The notes beneath the pieces are model-generated. The model did not search any database and was not told the origin of the DNA. It saw only the letters and a program-made list of their open reading frames with translations. This document shows, piece after piece, positions 55,945-64,000 of a stretch of DNA of 64,000 nucleotides. Made by a program: the position numbers and the translations under genes. Source of the DNA: the human T2T-CHM13v2.0 reference genome, Homo sapiens; the NCBI RefSeq assembly GCF_009914755.1, contig NC_060930.1; one strand, 5' to 3'. Positions within the stretch are counted from its first letter, which is position 1; the number at the start of each line of letters is the position of its first letter.

Positions 55945-57724
55945 TCCACTCATTTTACTCAAAGGGAAACCATTTGGTTTACTGAAACTCATTCCAAATA
56001 CTTATCTGACTTAATTAAATTGCTTTTAATTATCATAATGTTTTATTCTAACAGATTTTCCCTATGTAGAGATGACACAATATCCAATCTTTCAGTAATT
56101 TCAGAAGACTAGCTTAATACATAACCATTTATCATACTGAAGTCCATTCCAAAGCAATATCATAATAAAATGCCATCTGCCTTAGCATACCAAACGTTCT
56201 TTCATCTTCCCACAATTCCTTAAAGGCCCCCTTTTCCACAAGGTCTTGGATGGATAAAAAAGTGGCTTCTACTTTTTGCCAGAAAAAAAACTTAAAACTG
56301 TCTGGAGACATGGATGATTCTTAATCCAATTTTACACTTACTAATGTCTTTCCATTTATCATTTTCAGGAATAAACATCATGGTAAATGTATTCTATTAT
56401 TTAGTCATTCATCTACTGTTTGCATTTTATAATACTCTTTTATAAAATGAATGTACTGGTGGATGTAAATCAAGTTCCAGAAAACAATTCCTTAAATTTC
56501 CTGGAGAAAATTATTTTAAAGGAAACAACAATTTCTAAAGTAACCTAGTTAGTTCACTCTTCTAAAAGTTTATCAAAGCAAGATTTTGCTATTCCCTTAA
56601 ACAAGTTATGTTCTTTAATATTGTTTGATGTTTCAATGTATAATGGCTGCTTTTTGACACTCTTTCACACTTTTATTGGACATTTGCCTAACCTCTGATT
56701 TATTGCTTTTTAAAAAATCCAAATTGATTGTACTACCTTGTAATCTTCCTTTTTATCTTTTCCTATAAAATAGGGACAATATTAGCTGCCTCTCAGAATA
56801 TAAAGACCTAAGCCACTGTATATGTTCAAAAAAAGCAGCCATTACTTGAGTCATCCCTTTCTTCTTCTCAAAATTAAACAAATTTCTTCTCATTCAGCCT
56901 CTTTATTGTGTTTCTATCACAGAAGCTCCCTCTCCTGAGTTGCAGTCAGGGCTCATCATTATCTAGCATACAACGCTATGAACCTGCTAAAAATATCTAC
57001 GCTCTAGAGAAAACACACTTATTCTGGTTTTCTGTAAGAAGAGTAAAATCTAATCTTTAATGTTTTAAAGGAAACAGACATCGATCGTGGCATTTCTGAT
57101 AACAGTATAATAACACCAGCCAATCTGTTTCAAAGTTATTAAATTCTAATACCTCAGAACATACAGATAACATTTAAATCAAGCTATACTGTCTTCTGTT
57201 TCTGATCAAACGTAAAATTTGCTCACTTCTAAATGTTAAACAAAACCCTGACTGCCTCAAGACCCAAGAGAGGGCCTACAGTTGTTCTTTGCTTCTAGAA
57301 GAATTCAGCAAATGTAAGCAGTTCTCTAAAAAATGTGGGGAAAAAAATGCCTCAGCAAACCACACAAAATTATCCAATCACTTTTTGGGTCCAAAGAAGT
57401 CTGAAATGTTCCCTCTGCTCTGCCACCACATCACTAAGCTCTCTAAGAAGCAGTCAATGTAAGTCATTCAGAAAATGTAGTAGGCTGTCTTGATGATCCT
57501 TAATTCAATTCTATACTAAGGTAAATTCCCCCATTCATAAATTTATTTGACTTTTATAAGCTATACTTATATTTTATGATATCATATAATAATTCATCCA
57601 ATATTTGTATTCAGAAACATATTTTAGAAGTTAATGGCAACAACAACATTGATCTTCTAGATAAAATGTGCATACTAATAGCTGACATTCTTTCAAAGCC
57701 TAACATTGGGTCTCTATCACAGGA

Positions 57725-57965
57725 GACAATGTGGTGTAATGGTTACACGTGGCATCTAGGTGAAAAGGCCTGGGTTTCAACTTTACAATTTCTTTGCTGT
57801 GAGACCTGATATAAATTAATTTATCTAAGCCTTAATTTGTTTAATTTGTAAAACTAATGCTAATAACTACACAATAAGGTTGGTGGGTAGATTACTTGTG
57901 GTAATGCATCGTCTAGTACAGTGTCTGGCAAAGAGTAAACTCAATAAATGTTGAGATGATGATAA
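57725..57965 (+). mobile_element. MIR
   Basis: 'gtggtgtaatggttaca...cctgggtttcaa...tgctgtgagacctga...ctagtacagtgtctggcaaagagtaaactcaataaatg'. Confidence 0.7.
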
Positions 57966-58160
57966 TGGTAATAATGATAAATCTCTCATTACCATAAACA
58001 ACAGAAGTTATGACTTTCTCTGAATTCCTATATCAGTGGTCTCTAAAATTTCTGTAAAATCTATCAGACCTTCCATATACTTATTTATATCATATATGTA
58101 TATATATAAATATCTGTCTATATATGTAGTTGAATCCCCTATAGATTATAAACCCCATAA

Positions 58161-58535
<375 letters not shown>

Positions 58536-59706
58536 CATATGCAGTTTTTAACAACACACATTCAAGGGCATATGTGATTGTGTAGTCAAATGCAGTAGAG
58601 TACTAGTCTGATGGAATTAATCCTCCAAACTATAACTAAAATATAAGGTAAATAGCCTAATGCTTTTATGATTGTTTATTATCTCTCTATACTGCAAAAT
58701 CTTTTTGGAAGTACTGTTATGAGTCAAATGGAGGATGTGCTAAAAATGACTTCTTTCCTCCAAAAAAGTTAATAACAATGGAGCAAGAGGATGCTTGGCC
58801 ATGACCTCACAAGTATTTGGCAAATAAAAGATGCAATCACTACAGAACTCTGCACTTGAGAAGATGAGGAAGCCATATAATATGGATATTTGCTAACATT
58901 AATGTAGAATATCATCTATTAGTGGTTATTCCACCTCTAAAAAAATTTCCAAATTCAGTTTATTTTATTGGAATTCAGCAGTTTGTGGGGAATAGTACCA
59001 AATTTTGATCTATGAAATATATTAAATATTACACGGTTTATAGCTTTAAAAAATCAAACTGATGCCAGAATATAATTCCAATGAAGATATATTTCTCATA
59101 ATATAGCCAAACCAAAAAGAAAGATCAAATTCAGTGCTCAAATAAGTGCAAAAGGAAAGCTGATGATACTACACAGTTATTTCCAGGGGTTTCTAAAAAC
59201 TACCTCCAAACCTCACTTCCTCCCCTTGTACAGCTGCTGTGGGAACAAACAGCTTCACTATAGACTGTATACATAAAGAGAAACTGAGAATAATGATCAG
59301 TTATGTTCCCATTCTCAGGTACCAGGCCATAAAAAAACCTTAAAATCAGATAAATATAGAGAATACTACTGTGTCCATTATCTAGATGAATTTATCGTGG
59401 TCATGCTCATTCCTATATAACTAGTCAATGAAATATTAATATTAATGTACAAGGCCTAATAGTCAATCAAAAGAAAATTTCATAAAAATATAAATTAAAA
59501 CACATAAATGAATGCGGATGGGACATTACAGATAAACATAAGAAGACTTTCTTTTCTAGAAAGTGGAAAAAAGGAGGCCAATTGTCTCAGTACCACAAGA
59601 TTCGGGAATGACATTTCAATGGTTTTCTTAGATTTTCTTTGTGCCGCGTATGTGCCAGACTGAGTGCTAGAAAAGCCAGCAACTCAGAAGTATTAAAGGC
59701 AGACAC

Positions 59707-60116
<410 letters not shown>

Positions 60117-60334
60117 CTATCTTTCCAACTTCCTGCATATGAATAATTTTTCAAAATTGACTTAAAAACAAATGGAAACTTTCAAAGTGGCCTCCTGAGG
60201 TTTTGAATTATGCAAAGATAAAATATGACTGAATTAGTATTATCATTGTAAGTGACAGAATTACTGAAAAATTGTTTCTGGAGATATCTTCTAAACACAT
60301 GGTAGGAGAAAAAGGAAGATATGAGGTCAGCATC

Positions 60335-61980
60335 ATTCAGTTAAGAAACATTTATTGAGGCCTTCTACATATAAGACTGAAGGCAAGCATTAAAAATTCA
60401 AAGACAGAAGTCATAGTATGGCCCTCAAGCTTAGAGGGGGAGACAACCAAGATCAAAAAGAATTGCATGTTGCAATGTAGTAGTGGTGGATAGGTTGAAA
60501 ATAAAACCAGAAGTGCACTTAATTTATAATGAATTAGATGAGAAGCCATTATGAAAGGCTTACTAGAAGAAGGAATAGCAGTACTCAGTTTTATTGGATG
60601 AAGATAAATTATAATCATGGAGAGAAGCTAGAAAGGGCATTCTAAAGTGAGGTCTTAGCATGTGCAACACCTTAGAGATAGGAGAGGACAGAGAGAAGAG
60701 CAAGTGTTATTCACATGCGGAAGAGGTAGCAGAGGGGCCAACAGGGGGCTGGTTCTCAAATCTGATGGAGAAAAGCCTGTTTGGCCTCTACCTGGCACCA
60801 TCACATACCAGGCACTGTGAAAAGTGCTGCTAATATAGTGATGAAAAAGACTTGGTTCTGCTCCTCAAGAGGAGACAGAGAGGAGCTGTTTCTCTAGTGA
60901 GAGAGACAGGCACAACCTGATCATTCTAAAATAACAGTTTGAATAGTGATCTAGAGGCGTTCGTTATGGGAATGAGGGGAAAATATCTAGCTTTCTGTGA
61001 ATAGGTATGGGAATGTCAAGGGAGTGTAGAGAGTGAATTATAAGCAGTTTGGTATACCTGAGAGAAATTAAGCAGAAAGGCTGAAGAGATGCTTCTGGAG
61101 AGGTAAGCATATTATAAGAACGTCAAGGGGTATGGACTACGCCTTGCAGGCAATGGAAATTATTAAGAAGTGTGACATGGTGAGACTTTAAATGAATTAC
61201 TGTGACAGCATTGTGTGTGTTGGTGTGGGAAGGAGGGAAATGAAGGATGATGAGGGCAAGAAACGGTCAAAAAAGGAAGTAAAACCAGTAGAATATAGTG
61301 CCCAGAAGACAAGGAAGATGGAAAGAAATCAGAAGAAGGTCAACAGTGGAAAGTGCAGCCAAGAGACTTGATAAGGGGTCAGAAAAAATTTACTCAATTT
61401 GGCAATATGAGATTATTCTGTCACTAGGGTCATCAGTTTCAGGACAGTGATGAAGACAGAAGCCAAACCGAATAATTCTAAAAAGGTAAATTAAGAAAGT
61501 GAGGCAGCTAGTATATACTAGTATTATCAGAAGTTTGAAGGAAACAAGGAAGGACAAATGTCAAGAGAGATTATTTTCCAATATTTGTGGCAAGTGAAAG
61601 AAGTATTCTATTTCTTCAAATTATTCACATTGAATCATGTTGACAGCTGCTATAAAGAAAGAGTCGATCGGGAGAAAGAGTAGGAGATACAAATAAAGGA
61701 TTTAACTACAGAATGAGTCCAGAGATGAAGAGCATTTGGGTCAAGGATATGGATGGCAAGTCAACCCTGAAGAAAAGAAACATTTGGTCTTCTGGGAATG
61801 AAAGACAATGACGATGGCTATGGAAGTTTTTAGGTGGTAGGAGGTTGAGGAATAGCAGAAGAGAGATATCCATTTCCTCCAATAAAACAGATGATGAAAT
61901 CACCTGCTGAGAGTGAAGAACATGTGGGTTTAAGATGAAGCCTGAATAGGTCTGAAATTACTCTTGAAATAAATAGGACC
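60335..61980 (-). mobile_element. L2 fragments
   Basis: 'cattcagttaagaaacatttattgagg', 'caggcaatggaaattattaagaag', 'caatttggcaatatgaga...gtttcaggacagtgatgaagacagaagcca'. Confidence 0.65.
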
Positions 61981-62233
61981 AGGGCTAATCAAGCCCATGG
62001 TTAAAGACTGACAAGTGATCATTTACTAAACATGATATTTTTAAAACCCTCAATCTAATCCTTTTTCATAAGGTAATTTATTTCATAATTTGCTTTATGA
62101 GTTCAAATGTAACTCAGCAGTAATCTAAAGTAAGGCAGTGTTTATTTTACTTATTTTCTCAAATTGAGGTGCATCATCATGTTATGTTTGTTTAATTTCT
62201 GCTTATATTTTTGTTATACACATAAAAATTATT

Positions 62234-62552
<319 letters not shown>

Positions 62553-62624
62553 TTATCACAAGCATCACAAGCAGAAGTTGTTTTTTGTTTGTTTGTTTTT
62601 GTTTTTGTTTTTTCATCTTAAAAG

Positions 62625-62790
62625 AACCCTGCCTGGTAGGTATCACTTTTCCTGTTATATAGATGAAGAAACTGAGTATCAGAGAGGTGGAAAAAAAATG
62701 ACACATCCTTTATTTCCCAGTAGGTAGAAGTGTCAATAATCACTCCCAAGTGTTTTTCTTGTCAAAGTAGAAATTTTCCACTATATCATA
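62625..62790 (-). mobile_element. MIR fragment
   Basis: 'ggtaggtatcacttttcctgttatatagatgaagaaactgag...agagagg'. Confidence 0.6.
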
Positions 62791-63734
62791 AATTGTCTTA
62801 ATTGAAGATCAAAGATAACTTGAATTTAATTTTTTGCCCATGTTTGTTTTGTATTTAAGAAACATAAGATTATCCCAAGTCTATTGGGAGAAAAAGGTGA
62901 TTACGTTAATCAAAAGAAAAGTCACTTTAAAGAGTCACAGGAACACTATTTTTTAACCAGAAGCTGTTTTAGACATGACACTAATAACTTTCCTTAATTA
63001 AAAAACTTATCAAGCTTTATGAAAAATATTTAAGAAACACGATCTAACTAAAAAATGGTTCTTATTGATAATCTAAATGTAGTTAACTCACAAGTTTGCA
63101 TGTGTGGTAAGTATTAATCCCTCTTTTCTTAATATTTTTAAGATCTCATTTATATCTGCAGAAATAAAGGCCAAGTCTAGATGGCAGGTCAAACTTTTTA
63201 CTAAAGTTTGAAAATAGCGCCTACAGTTTTTTGAAAACCATTCGAACTGCTGGAATATTTGGCAATATTTGACATCGTCATATAATGAGTCAACCAAAAT
63301 GGTTATGATTATTTCAGTGCTTGCAAAGATTTCAGGCTAGAAAATCTTCCCCAAACCTCTCTTAATTGGACAAAAATTTATAATGCTCCTAGGAGTATGG
63401 AATCACCATAACTGAATATATAAATCTGAACAGATCTATGTCTGTCAGCAGACACAGAATATTTCCAGATAATATTTTCATGTATATACATTTTTGGCCT
63501 CAAACATTAATAGTAGTTCAATAGACTTAAGAACATAAATCTGTCCCCAGTACCCAAAATAAAGTATATGCCTCAAATTACATTTTAGTGCCATAAATAT
63601 ATTATTAATCATTAAACTAGGAAAGAATGAAAAAAGTTTCAAAAATGTGCAGCCATTGAATTTTTGTTCCGAATATACAAACATCACTTCGTTGTATCAT
63701 CAGTAGCCTGAGACTTAATTAGAATTGCAAAAAA

Positions 63735-63875
63735 ACATATACATCACTTAGTCCAACTCCTTAATTTGAGAGACAAGGAAACTGGGCCCAGGGAAAGAAA
63801 GCTTACCCAGATTCAGTTGAGGTTAAAGTGGAATTCAAATCTAGGTATCTAGATTCACAGTTTAATGCACTTCCC
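63735..63875 (-). mobile_element. MIR fragment
   Basis: 'tagtccaactccttaatttgagagacaaggaaactgggcccagggaaag...cttacccaga'. Confidence 0.6.
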
Positions 63876-64000
63876 AGAAGCAGAAAAGATATAAATAAAC
63901 TTATGTAATTTCATCTGGCAACCAAATTCAGACACTGAGTAGAACTTTAAGGATAGTCCTGAGTTTGCTGTTTTATCATATTCAAAAGCACCTACCATAA

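Overview
AT-rich, CpG-poor primate (human-like) genomic DNA, intergenic or deep-intronic. Much of the window is recognisable interspersed repeat: a two-LTR THE1C MaLR element, an L1PA8-like LINE-1 that keeps both ends but lacks ORF1, older L1M and L2 fragments, nine Alus, solo MaLR LTRs, MER20, Tigger3, Tigger4 and MADE1 DNA transposons, MIRs and microsatellites. No protein-coding gene, tRNA, rRNA, snRNA or CpG island is supportable. The ORF track is explained by L1 ORF2 remnants, Alu/LTR read-throughs and chance ORFs. I did not find a clearly new multi-gene system. The best leads are: (1) a ~350-bp local duplication whose two copies each hold a 126-nt, in-frame, splice-site-flanked exon-like unit; (2) a MADE1/miR-548-like hairpin extended by 43-bp non-transposon arms, apparently from a template switch; (3) a 92-bp perfectly identical templated insertion with fold-back junctions resembling polymerase-theta repair; (4) the ORF1-deleted L1, whose antisense promoter points at strong splice acceptors; (5) a compact bZIP/ETS/E-box motif cluster. 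Repeat subfamily calls come from recalled consensus sequences, not from a RepeatMasker run, and boundaries of the old repeats are approximate.
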